From a virus, in the IMG/VR virus record IMGVR_UViG_3300011888_000002, positions 1-42,939 of that record: a stretch of 42,939 nucleotides of DNA. One strand, given 5' to 3'. A model generated the notes under the pieces. It searched no databases. It was not told the DNA's origin and was given only the letters and a program-made list of their open reading frames with translations. The position numbers and the translations under genes were made by a program. Positions 26,350-34,482 of this stretch are shown in pieces (the stretch's first letter is position 1; each line of letters starts with the position of its first letter).

Positions 26350-26373
26350 AATGTCAATTTTATAGGGGGCGCA

Positions 26374-26934
26374 ATGTCCAACGATTATTCAACTGATCCG
26401 CCACCAATAACACCAAGTCAACTTTACGCAATTTCAGACAACATCAATCAGTTGCGGCAAAGCATGGAAAAATTGGCTGATGTGCCTCAAAAGATCGACC
26501 GAATGAGCATGCAGTTTGATCAACTTCAGGAAAAGCAAAAACACCTGGATAACAACCTGCAACAGGCAAAAGGGGATTTTGAAGCAGATCTAGACCGAAC
26601 AAAATCAAGTATTCGAGCTGATATAAAGCAGCTGCGAATGGATGCCGAGGTAAGGCACAAAGAAGTCGATATGCAGATCCGGGTGCTGCATGAAAGTAAA
26701 ACCAAAATAGATAGTGTGACCAATCTGGTTCGCTGGGGTGGTATTGCAATCATAGGTGTCTTTGCTGCCGCCTGGAACAATCAAACTGCCAAAACCGACA
26801 CAGTGAATGCACAAGCAATGGCGAATAGTCAAAAAATTCAGGTCCTTGAAAAACAATCTGATCAGACCCTTCGCACCTTAGAAGAAATCCGCAACAAACT
26901 TTACGAACGTAACTATATGAGTGAGACAAAATGA
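26374..26934 (+). CDS. Coiled-coil protein with one TM segment (holin candidate by position only)
   Basis: 186 aa. WGGIAIIGVFAAAW is the only hydrophobic stretch and has long coiled-coil regions on both sides. ATGA overlap with the amidase gene. Confidence 0.45.
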   Translation: MSNDYSTDPPPITPSQLYAISDNINQLRQSMEKLADVPQKIDRMSMQFDQLQEKQKHLDNNLQQAKGDFEADLDRTKSSIRADIKQLRMDAEVRHKEVDMQIRVLHESKTKIDSVTNLVRWGGIAIIGVFAAAWNNQTAKTDTVNAQAMANSQKIQVLEKQSDQTLRTLEEIRNKLYERNYMSETK

Positions 26935-27677
26935 AATTTATACAAGAAAATGCACTGCAGTATTTATCTGTAAAGCTCCCACTACTGGGGGCTTTTTTAA
27001 TGCTTGCAGCTTTAGTGTTGCAATGGGCACTAGACTTTAATTTCATCCCTGAACAATATGCGCCTTTCATCATTGGTACTGTATTGCCAGCTTTGGGCTG
27101 GATAGGTCGTAAAATTGCACAGCCAAACCTGCAGCAACAATCTTTGAGGTTTGCCACTATTACTGCAGGCCATAGTAATTCTGATCCTGGTGCAGTGAAT
27201 GGCAAAATTAAAGAAGCTGACCTGGTGACTAATTTCAGGAATGCGGTTTCTTTTTATTTGCGTGAAGCTGGTGTCCAGGTCAAAAACGATGGTACCGGAT
27301 CGCAGAATGATCCGCTTTCATCGGCAATCAAGCTGATCAAAGGATCTAGTGTTGCGGTTGAATTCCATATGAATGCTGCAACATCAAAACAGGCAAATGG
27401 TGTGGAAACGATTGCCCTGCCTAAAGATAAGAAACTTGCACAGGACTTATCTAAAGCTGTAGCCGATGCACTAGGCAGTCGCTTACGTGGTGATAATGGC
27501 TGGATTGATCAAAGCAAATCTGCACGTGGCCGCCTGGCATACGTGAATGCTGGTGGCTTGATTGTAGAGCTTGGCTTTATCTCAAATGAAGACGAACTTG
27601 CTCGATTTAATGCGCGCTATTGGTTGGCTGCTAAGGCTGTGGCCAAAGTGCTGATTGATTATGAGGCTAGCAAATGA
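26931..27677 (+). CDS. N-acetylmuramoyl-L-alanine amidase (Amidase_3-type endolysin) with two N-terminal hydrophobic segments
   Basis: Amidase motifs ITAGHSNSDPGAV, VAVEFHMNAA and IVELGFISNEDE. The N-terminus carries LPLLGAFLMLAALVLQWAL and APFIIGTVLPALGWIG. Confidence 0.8.
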   Translation: MKFIQENALQYLSVKLPLLGAFLMLAALVLQWALDFNFIPEQYAPFIIGTVLPALGWIGRKIAQPNLQQQSLRFATITAGHSNSDPGAVNGKIKEADLVTNFRNAVSFYLREAGVQVKNDGTGSQNDPLSSAIKLIKGSSVAVEFHMNAATSKQANGVETIALPKDKKLAQDLSKAVADALGSRLRGDNGWIDQSKSARGRLAYVNAGGLIVELGFISNEDELARFNARYWLAAKAVAKVLIDYEASK

Positions 27678-27970
27678 GCGAGTTTAAAAAAGTAAGCGAA
27701 GTATTACTTGAATCACAAGGCATTTACTTCATTGAGTGTCCGGGATGTAAAACCTTACATCCCATCCATGTTGGTGAGCAGCATCGTATCCGGTGGGGTT
27801 TTAATGGAAATGTGGATGCTCCAACATTCACACCGTCATTGATGGTAAATCAGGGCCATCCAAGTCAATGTCACTCTTTCATCACCGATGGAAGAATTCA
27901 ATTCTTATCAGATTGTAACCATAGCTTGGCTGGTCAGACAGTTGACTTATTACCAGTGGAAGAATTCTAA
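27674..27970 (+). CDS. Cys/His-rich small protein (resembles DUF6527-type)
   Basis: CPGCKTLH...WGFNGNVDAPTFTPSL...CHSFITDGRIQFLSDCNHSLAGQTV. ATGA overlap with the amidase gene. Confidence 0.45.
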   Translation: MSEFKKVSEVLLESQGIYFIECPGCKTLHPIHVGEQHRIRWGFNGNVDAPTFTPSLMVNQGHPSQCHSFITDGRIQFLSDCNHSLAGQTVDLLPVEEF

Positions 27971-27977
27971 TGTTGAA

Positions 27978-27997
27978 AAGCCCTCAAGTGAGGGCTT
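27978..27997. terminator. Bidirectional hairpin between convergent genes
   Basis: aagccctc (27978-85) / gagggctt (27990-97) with a 4-nt loop. Confidence 0.7.
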
Positions 27998-28016
27998 ACT
28001 TTAAAGTGTATTCTAT

Positions 28017-28391
28017 CTATTCATGATACTTGTATTTTTTGGGATCATGACTTTCGTGATAGTTCAATTGTGTCATGGCTTCGGAAATACCAAATAATCT
28101 GGATCTCTGTGGCTCTATTAAATTACTACTTATATTGTAATTGGGGTATTTGCCTTTAACCTCAGGATGCAAATATGCTGCAACCTTTACATCACTTTCA
28201 CTTACATATCTGCCAGCCCACTTTTCAATATAATGCTTCAAGGGGTAGGATTGACGGCAAGCTGATTGAATTTTCTTTTGAGCATCTAGCCAGGCGTAAG
28301 CAATTCGAACACAGTCAGGATGTTCGTGAAGATTATTAGGACCTATGGATACTGTATTAATAGCCTGTTGGATTTCTTGATCAGTTAACAT
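28017..28391 (-). CDS. Hypothetical cargo protein between the lysis cassette and int
   Basis: The track TTG start at 28406 is trimmed to ATG 28391, because the GAGGAAG RBS lies inside the extension. The region is AT-rich. The product starts MLTDQEIQQAINTVSIGPNNLHEHPDCVRIAYAWLDAQ. Confidence 0.6.
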   Translation of the reverse strand: MLTDQEIQQAINTVSIGPNNLHEHPDCVRIAYAWLDAQKKIQSACRQSYPLKHYIEKWAGRYVSESDVKVAAYLHPEVKGKYPNYNISSNLIEPQRSRLFGISEAMTQLNYHESHDPKKYKYHE

Positions 28392-28459
28392 ATTTAGCTT
28401 CCTCAATGTTCGATAATTTAAAATTCAATTATTTAAGTTTTAATCTTTAAAAATAATAT

Positions 28460-30055
28460 TTATTTCCCGATGTGCTTATCATCAATCAAATACTGTCCAA
28501 AACTATCTATCCAGCCTTGAATAGATGTTTCCCATACATAAGTACGGGTTTTAAGTTTCTTCACCAGGGTAAGATCCCCAATTCCAAAATGCGTACTTCC
28601 TTCCGGTAATTCATCCCAGTCTACTTTTCCATTCTCAGTAAACCAGTCTTCCCAAGCTAATTGAATATCATGAGCCACAAATCTGTTATTGGAATTATCC
28701 CAGGCGAATGGATTATTACTATTCAACTTATTCACATGCAGGCGTTTAAAATATTTATTGTTCTGATGGATCTCAATAAACAGATCTAAATGTTTTTTGA
28801 TGAAATCAAATTCAACATTAATTATGCCTTCATCCTCAAAAGCATCATTCTTATCAACCAATGCCATGTAGCGTTGTTTCTTGCTCCATTCCTTGTAATA
28901 GCTATTATAGTTTTCCTCAGCAACACGGATTGCTTCCTCAAACTCCAATCGGACACCACGTTTTTTTAAGTTCACGTACCGTTTTAGGGTATTCCATGAT
29001 TCATGCAGGGTAATGGTCTGCAATTGAGGAATGGTAAATCCATCCTCAGCGTATCGTGTGGCAGCTTCATGGCGTAGATCATGGAATCTTAAGTCAGTGA
29101 TACCACATGCATTACATGCCCGGGTAAAGTATGTAGACACGGTACGGGTATTCACTGGAATTAAAATATTCTTATCATATCCGAGGGCAAGCATTCGATC
29201 TCGGACTTCTGGCTTCATAAACTCATCAATCATATTGATGGCCCTTGGTTCCATGTGAGCATACTTATGATTACCCAAGGATCCATTCGGATTTTTAGCA
29301 TCTCTGACTAACCACTGACTATTCAGATCATCGTAATCATCCAGGCGCAATGAACACAGCTCATCTTCACGGCGGGCAGTGTAGAGTGCAAACCACATAA
29401 TCAGATGCATCGGCGTTGAGTTCTTGACCCGTTTCCAGCTTTTATAGAAATAGTTGGTCAGCATTTGAAGTTCTTCCGCCGTAGGCAAGCGGTCACGCTG
29501 TTTGGATCTGGTCACGATGCGAGACTTCTGTAAACCAATCATGGCTTTTTCAAATTCGATTAGCACAGTCTCTAAGGGTTCGCCCCATACAAACTCTGCA
29601 TGAACGATAACAGCCTTGATATGGCTTAAGTCCTTTAAGATGGTGGCAGGTGCAACACCGTCAGTTCCTTTAACTGGATCGCCTTTTCTTCGCATAATTG
29701 CATAATCAGAAAAGTCTTGTCGTGTTAAAGAATAGATATTCTTCTCAGAAATATCTAAACTAGCGATGTGCTGTAGTGCTCCTGTTTTTGTCCTGGCAAA
29801 GCTGTCTGCTTCTTCCAAATACTGAAAAATGAACTCCCTGAGCGTTTTGTGCTTTATTTGCACCGCCGGATTCAACATTTTTTCAGGGTGCAATTCGATT
29901 TCTGCTTCCGTGCGTTTGATCCAGTCCTCAGCTAATGATTTTTTGCTGAAGGTTTTTGATTGTTTGAATTCAGGGTAGCCTTGACGTTGTACACGGACTT
30001 GAGCTCTATACCGGGTTGTGCCGTCTTTTGTTTGTCGCTTAGTGACTGTTCCCAT
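28460..30055 (-). CDS. int: Tyrosine integrase with ~170-aa C-terminal extension
   Basis: Arm-binding-type N-terminus (TKRQTKDGTTRYRAQV), LYTARREDEL (Arg), FHDLRHEAATR (H-x-x-R) and LKRYVNL (Tyr at residue 360 of 531). Confidence 0.9.
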   Translation of the reverse strand: MGTVTKRQTKDGTTRYRAQVRVQRQGYPEFKQSKTFSKKSLAEDWIKRTEAEIELHPEKMLNPAVQIKHKTLREFIFQYLEEADSFARTKTGALQHIASLDISEKNIYSLTRQDFSDYAIMRRKGDPVKGTDGVAPATILKDLSHIKAVIVHAEFVWGEPLETVLIEFEKAMIGLQKSRIVTRSKQRDRLPTAEELQMLTNYFYKSWKRVKNSTPMHLIMWFALYTARREDELCSLRLDDYDDLNSQWLVRDAKNPNGSLGNHKYAHMEPRAINMIDEFMKPEVRDRMLALGYDKNILIPVNTRTVSTYFTRACNACGITDLRFHDLRHEAATRYAEDGFTIPQLQTITLHESWNTLKRYVNLKKRGVRLEFEEAIRVAEENYNSYYKEWSKKQRYMALVDKNDAFEDEGIINVEFDFIKKHLDLFIEIHQNNKYFKRLHVNKLNSNNPFAWDNSNNRFVAHDIQLAWEDWFTENGKVDWDELPEGSTHFGIGDLTLVKKLKTRTYVWETSIQGWIDSFGQYLIDDKHIGK

Positions 30056-30357
30056 GAATTTGCACCATTAAAATATTGGGGTGCAAGTAGGGTGCAATCA
30101 AAGGACACTAAAAGTCAATACGAAGCGACTAAACGAAGTTAAACGAGGTTAAAGATTTTGAGCAAAAACAATGTAATTGAAGAATTGTTTGGAAGATCAA
30201 TAGATAGGAAGCTTTGGGTGGCCCCCATGGCAGGTGGGATAGATTAATCACAAATACATTATAAAAATTATTATTTATTAGTATCTTGTTAAATAACCGC
30301 ATGGTGCAAGGTGCAAAATAGGTGCAACCATGCGGCAATTAATCAATAATTTAGCAA
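30056..30357. promoter_or_regulatory. attP region with GGTGCAA arm-type repeats
   Basis: TTGCACC at 30060-66; GGTGCAA at 30080-86, 30091-97, 30303-09, 30310-16 and 30321-27. Inverted repeat ccgcatggt (30297-305) / accatgcgg (30327-35). A very AT-rich block at 30250-30295 and a GC-rich patch at 30215-30239. Confidence 0.5.
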
Positions 30358-30642
30358 TCAATGGTTCATTGCCACCCAGTCTTTCTTAGACTCTTTTTGT
30401 ATTGATTCGAGCCAGAAAGCCACATCACTTAAATGAACATAAAAAGGTGAATTTCTTCCATCCGATTTAAATGCAGGAAATGGAAGTGTACATTTATTTG
30501 CACGTTTATTTGCTTGTTCAATTGTAAGATGAGGCAAGTAATCCGGCAAGAGCTCTTCAAGTTTGATTACAGGTTTACGGTACTTCATGAGTAACATAAA
30601 ACTGATATCAACTGGATCATCAATTTTCATAGCTGCTCCCAT
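30358..30642 (-). CDS. PrtN/AlpA-like small DNA-binding protein (excisionase candidate)
   Basis: The ..KCTLPFPAFKSDGRNSPFYVHLSDVAFWLE motif is typical of the pyocin-activator PrtN family. Adjacent to attP and int. The ATG shares one base with the upstream stop (TAATG). Confidence 0.6.
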   Translation of the reverse strand: MGAAMKIDDPVDISFMLLMKYRKPVIKLEELLPDYLPHLTIEQANKRANKCTLPFPAFKSDGRNSPFYVHLSDVAFWLESIQKESKKDWVAMNH

Positions 30643-30806
30643 TATGAAATCTCCTTCAAACTTTGTTTTACCGATTCAGGTAACCCAAAAAAATCATTTA
30701 GAGTTTTGTCAAATTCACCGCTTTCAATGAATTGATCCATCAGGTTTACTTGCTTATCGATATTGCTATCTTCACAAGGCTCACATGGTTTTTGAATATC
30801 AGTCAT
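30642..30806 (-). CDS. 54-aa hypothetical protein (not in the ORF track)
   Basis: RBS AAGGAGAAAACA before the ATG. Product MTDIQKPCEPCEDSNIDKQVNLMDQFIESGEFDKTLNDFFGLPESVKQSLKEIS. Overlaps both neighbouring genes. Confidence 0.5.
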   Translation of the reverse strand: MTDIQKPCEPCEDSNIDKQVNLMDQFIESGEFDKTLNDFFGLPESVKQSLKEIS

Positions 30807-30957
30807 TGTTTTCTCCTTGAGCCTTCAAATATTCAAATTTTGCATCAGCCCAATTCTTTGCATCGTACGGGCTTAAACCTTTTTCTTCACACCATTTGGT
30901 GCACCAGAGAAACTGAGCGTCATCAAAAGGAGTGGGCTTAACTATTTGTGTCGGCAT
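30799..30957 (-). CDS. 52-aa hypothetical protein (not in the ORF track)
   Basis: MPTQIVKPTPFDDAQFLWCTKWCEEKGLSPYDAKNWADAKFEYLKAQGENND. The ATG shares one base with the methylase stop (TAATG). Confidence 0.5.
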   Translation of the reverse strand: MPTQIVKPTPFDDAQFLWCTKWCEEKGLSPYDAKNWADAKFEYLKAQGENND

Positions 30958-32402
30958 TAAGCAGCTCCTTTATAAATATTTTCGTGTTTAAAGTTGGCTT
31001 CAACTAAGGCACGGGATAGTTGAGGGCATACAGAATTACCCACCATTCTTGTTTGCTCAGTTTTTGTTAACTTAATTTCTGTTCCACTTTCATTGAGGCC
31101 GCGATCAAATATGTAGCTCTTTGGAAAGCCTTGGGCTCTGAAAAGCTCAACAGGTTGAAGCATACGAAAACCAATATCAGTAATCTGATATTCCTGTTGA
31201 TTGATAGTCACTAAACCAAATCGGTCCTTGGTCGGAATTGTGCGTAGAGGACCATCAATACTATTTCCATCTCTTTCACTGCCATAAAATGCAGTCAAGA
31301 ATGCTCGCACCTCTGCAAATTGATTTACAGTTGTCATTGCATGCAGCGGTGAATCAATAGTCTGGCCAGTGCAATTTTTCTTCATTTTAGAAAGGTGGCT
31401 TACAACTAAAGAGTTATGATCTTTTGCAGTGATGGTATGTACTGGCTCAACCAAAGAGCTTCCAACCACACCAGTATAATTTTTGGCTAGATGTGCCGAG
31501 ATTAATGCATGATGACCTCCTTTAGTTTGGGCGCAAATTGTGCGTAGAGGCTCATTAGATGGCATTGATCTTTTATTTGATGCATTTGCACATTCAGTAA
31601 GCACTGGCGCTTTATTGCCAACAATAAATGGATTCGAGTTTTTAACTACAAACTTATCTAAGCCAGCTGCTATACGATCCATAGTAGCTTTAGCTAAAGG
31701 TCGTTTTCGATTAAAAATACTAGGACATTCAATAGACCAATCAATACATTCTGCAGCGGTACGCCATGGCTTTAATATTCCTTTTTTTACCTGGATAGAA
31801 TCTGGATGCCCATGAGTTGGTTCTGGCCACTGAATATTTAAACCATCTCGACGAGCAATCAAAAAGAAACGCTTACGAATGGTAGGAGATCCGTAATCAC
31901 ATGCACGCAACTCACGCCAATCAACTGTATAACCCTGACGCTTTAGAGCATTAACAAAGCTTTTGAAAGTACGTCCTTTATTTTTAGGACATGGACGACC
32001 ATCCGGACCCAATGTTCCCCATGTTTTGAATTCTTCAACATTCTCAAGCATGATTACTCGAGGACGTGTTTTAGCTGCCCAGCGCAATGCTACCCATGCA
32101 AGACCGCGTATTTTTTTCTCAACAGGTTTGCCGCCTTTTGCTTTACTGAAATGTTTGCAGTCAGGAGACAACCACACCAATCCAACAGGCTGATTTCCTG
32201 TTGCTTCAATAGGATCAACATCCCAAACACTTTCACAAAAATGTTTTGTATCTGGGTGGTTGATGCGATGCATAGCAAGGGCTTTAGGATCGTGATTGAT
32301 AGCCACATCTACCGGACGGCCAAATGCCTGTTCCAGACCCGTACTGGTTCCGCCACCACCAGCAAAATTATCAATTATCAACTCATGAGGTAATAAATCC
32401 AT
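30957..32402 (-). CDS. DNA (cytosine-5) methyltransferase, orphan
   Basis: Motif I IIDNFAGGGGTSTG, Pro-Cys motif SPDCKHFS, ENV (IMLENVEEF), QGFP and GNSVCP. ATG 32402 is preferred over GTG 32405 (TGATG coupling with the upstream gene). Confidence 0.88.
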   Translation of the reverse strand: MDLLPHELIIDNFAGGGGTSTGLEQAFGRPVDVAINHDPKALAMHRINHPDTKHFCESVWDVDPIEATGNQPVGLVWLSPDCKHFSKAKGGKPVEKKIRGLAWVALRWAAKTRPRVIMLENVEEFKTWGTLGPDGRPCPKNKGRTFKSFVNALKRQGYTVDWRELRACDYGSPTIRKRFFLIARRDGLNIQWPEPTHGHPDSIQVKKGILKPWRTAAECIDWSIECPSIFNRKRPLAKATMDRIAAGLDKFVVKNSNPFIVGNKAPVLTECANASNKRSMPSNEPLRTICAQTKGGHHALISAHLAKNYTGVVGSSLVEPVHTITAKDHNSLVVSHLSKMKKNCTGQTIDSPLHAMTTVNQFAEVRAFLTAFYGSERDGNSIDGPLRTIPTKDRFGLVTINQQEYQITDIGFRMLQPVELFRAQGFPKSYIFDRGLNESGTEIKLTKTEQTRMVGNSVCPQLSRALVEANFKHENIYKGAA

Positions 32403-32686
32403 CACGCCACCTTCATAATCTGATTAGCTACAATCTTTGCTAAGTTCTCACTGGTTTCATTCGAAACGTTCGGGCAGCGCAGGTGCATTTCATATTCATC
32501 AAATAGCATCTGGCATGCTGCATTGCCTGTTAAATCGTTCTTTAAAAACACATAGCTCAGTGATTTGCGTGTGCCTTTGCCTGAAAAAGTAGAGCTGCCA
32601 TCTGCGAGTTCTTTCTTGGAATAACCCAGCTTTTCGAGCCACAATTTAAAACCAGCTTCATGTTTCTTTTTAATTTTGAAAATCAT
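32402..32686 (-). CDS. Hypothetical protein
   Basis: 94-aa ORF that overlaps both neighbours by 1-4 nt. Confidence 0.55.
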   Translation of the reverse strand: MIFKIKKKHEAGFKLWLEKLGYSKKELADGSSTFSGKGTRKSLSYVFLKNDLTGNAACQMLFDEYEMHLRCPNVSNETSENLAKIVANQIMKVA

Positions 32687-33363
32687 GCCGCAGCCTCCAG
32701 TGCTTTACGTAAATAAGGGTCAATATCAGTGCTCAGCATCCATTTCACATAGTCCTTTGGAACCTCTTTTAATGGAGTACCTTTATGTTTGCCATAAGGC
32801 ATTACATTTGGAGTGCGTACCTGTTCAGATAGGACATGCAATGAATTCATGTCTTTGATACCCAACTTTAAACAGATGTTTTTCAGGATGATGTATGTGA
32901 ACCAGATGTCATACTTCGCACTGTGAGCATTACGCAGGTAATTACGTGCTTTTTCCTTGTCTGAGCTCACAAAATAGAACAGGGCGCTCAGGGTGTGAGT
33001 TTCCAGTTCTGGCCATGTGAAACGAGCCAGAGCTAAAGTACAGATCGATTTTTCAGGAACATCCGTACCACATTTACGGATCGCCTCAATGTCGTAATTG
33101 ATGTTATGGCCAATCAAGCAATCCACATCTTCAGGTAAGTGGAAAGTATCAAAGCCTGGCTTGCCTTTGATGTCAGATTCCAGAATGTGGTGAGTTGCCA
33201 TTGCACCGTATGCGATTGGCTCAGGACATGAGTAGAACTCATCAAATATCTGGCTTTGATCAAACCCCAAGTTACCTTGCTCAAAAGAGCAAGGTGCGTA
33301 TGCGATTTCAATAGGGAAACCATTAATCGTATGAGTTTCCGTGTCCAAAATTATTGCTTTCAT
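32683..33363 (-). CDS. DnaQ-like DEDDh 3'-5' exonuclease with C-terminal KHKG (DUF3820-like) tail
   Basis: ILDTETH (Exo I), GHNINYDIEAI (Exo II), HSAKYD (Exo III) and MPYGKHKGTPLKEVPKDYVKWM. Confidence 0.8.
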   Translation of the reverse strand: MKAIILDTETHTINGFPIEIAYAPCSFEQGNLGFDQSQIFDEFYSCPEPIAYGAMATHHILESDIKGKPGFDTFHLPEDVDCLIGHNINYDIEAIRKCGTDVPEKSICTLALARFTWPELETHTLSALFYFVSSDKEKARNYLRNAHSAKYDIWFTYIILKNICLKLGIKDMNSLHVLSEQVRTPNVMPYGKHKGTPLKEVPKDYVKWMLSTDIDPYLRKALEAAA

Positions 33364-34481
33364 GCGTTAATAGTTTCCTTTGCCAATTTTTCAATTTCTT
33401 GTTGTACAGCCGCCAGTTTGCTGGCTTCAATTTGATTAAGTGCATCAATACCGAGATGCTCACATACAGTTTTTGCGTCTAAGCCACGTGCATCAATGAA
33501 ATCCTGCAACTCAGCCAGTTGTTGGTCATTGATGCCAAAGAACTCAGCAGGATCTACCCATGCATTACGCTGCATATCAAAGGTGCACTTTATTTCGTCA
33601 GCTCTGGTCTTAAGAGCAACACGCATATTTTTGTAATACGTATGGTTCTTATCGATAGACTCAGTAAGTTGGTTTAGATCGCTGGCATACTGAGCTTCAG
33701 CACAACTCTGGATCCAGTTATCTAAATCTTCCTGTGCCTTCATTGATGCAAGCTGTTCAGGTGTCATAGTGTTGATGTGGTCTTTAGCCTGTTTGATCAG
33801 GTCAGCCAGGAAAGACGGATTCGCTTTTAAGTCTGGAACCCATACCTCACCAGTTTCACCGCCTAAACCACCTGCATTTTTGGCATGGTGAGTAGGGCAA
33901 GGTCTAAAGCTGATCACACGTTCATGTTTGCCTTCACCTGTTTGCACAGTGGTGAGATAACCCATTACATCTGCAATGCGGTACAGCTCATTACGGTTCT
34001 TACCACCCAGATCTGGTCGGTAAATTACCTGGTCACCGTTCTGATCTTCTGATGCATGGGCAATGAAAACGACGTCTTTACCTGAAGCAATTAATGTGTT
34101 CACGTATTGCTTGAAGATGTTATTGGCCAAGCCTTGGGCTTTAAGTTTTAAAGAGCCATCTTTTTGCTTGTTCGTGCTGTTTAGCAATAGATGGGTTTTA
34201 ATGCTTTCAAGCATTGCACCGACGGTATCAATCACAATCGTTTTGAATGGTTCAAGGTCTTGCATAGTCAGGTTAGCCACATCAGCCCATTGATTGACCT
34301 GAACCACAGCACCGCGTCGCAGTTCACCAGTACGGTGAGAACCTTTATCGAAATCGAATGAAATTGCTTTCTCACCGGTGAAGCCAATTGATGTTTTACC
34401 CAAGCCTGGATCTGCATACAGATAAACGATGATGGCTTGTACCAATAGCGGTTGATCCGCTGGAATAATATTAATCGCCAT
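33360..34481 (-). CDS. RecA-fold AAA ATPase (AAA_24/Sak4-like) with extended C-terminus
   Basis: Walker A YADPGLGKTS and Walker B TIVIDTVG. The track start 34541 is trimmed to ATG 34481 (GGGAG RBS; the upstream gene stops at 34483). Confidence 0.75.
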   Translation of the reverse strand: MAINIIPADQPLLVQAIIVYLYADPGLGKTSIGFTGEKAISFDFDKGSHRTGELRRGAVVQVNQWADVANLTMQDLEPFKTIVIDTVGAMLESIKTHLLLNSTNKQKDGSLKLKAQGLANNIFKQYVNTLIASGKDVVFIAHASEDQNGDQVIYRPDLGGKNRNELYRIADVMGYLTTVQTGEGKHERVISFRPCPTHHAKNAGGLGGETGEVWVPDLKANPSFLADLIKQAKDHINTMTPEQLASMKAQEDLDNWIQSCAEAQYASDLNQLTESIDKNHTYYKNMRVALKTRADEIKCTFDMQRNAWVDPAEFFGINDQQLAELQDFIDARGLDAKTVCEHLGIDALNQIEASKLAAVQQEIEKLAKETINA

Positions 34482-34482
34482 C

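Noticed and set aside
26444-27205. Four overlapping minus-strand ORFs across the lysis genes
   Set aside because: They overlap each other and the coupled plus-strand lysis genes. The amidase motifs support the plus strand.
30215-30239. GC-rich patch as a possible tRNA 3' fragment marking a tRNA integration site
   Set aside because: I could not recognise a T-arm or acceptor-stem pattern on either strand. It is kept only as a candidate core inside the attP finding.
30129-30338. 69-aa minus-strand ORF between int and the excisionase-like gene
   Set aside because: It lies in extremely AT-rich DNA packed with GGTGCAA repeats (attP-like). It has no RBS and an implausible composition.
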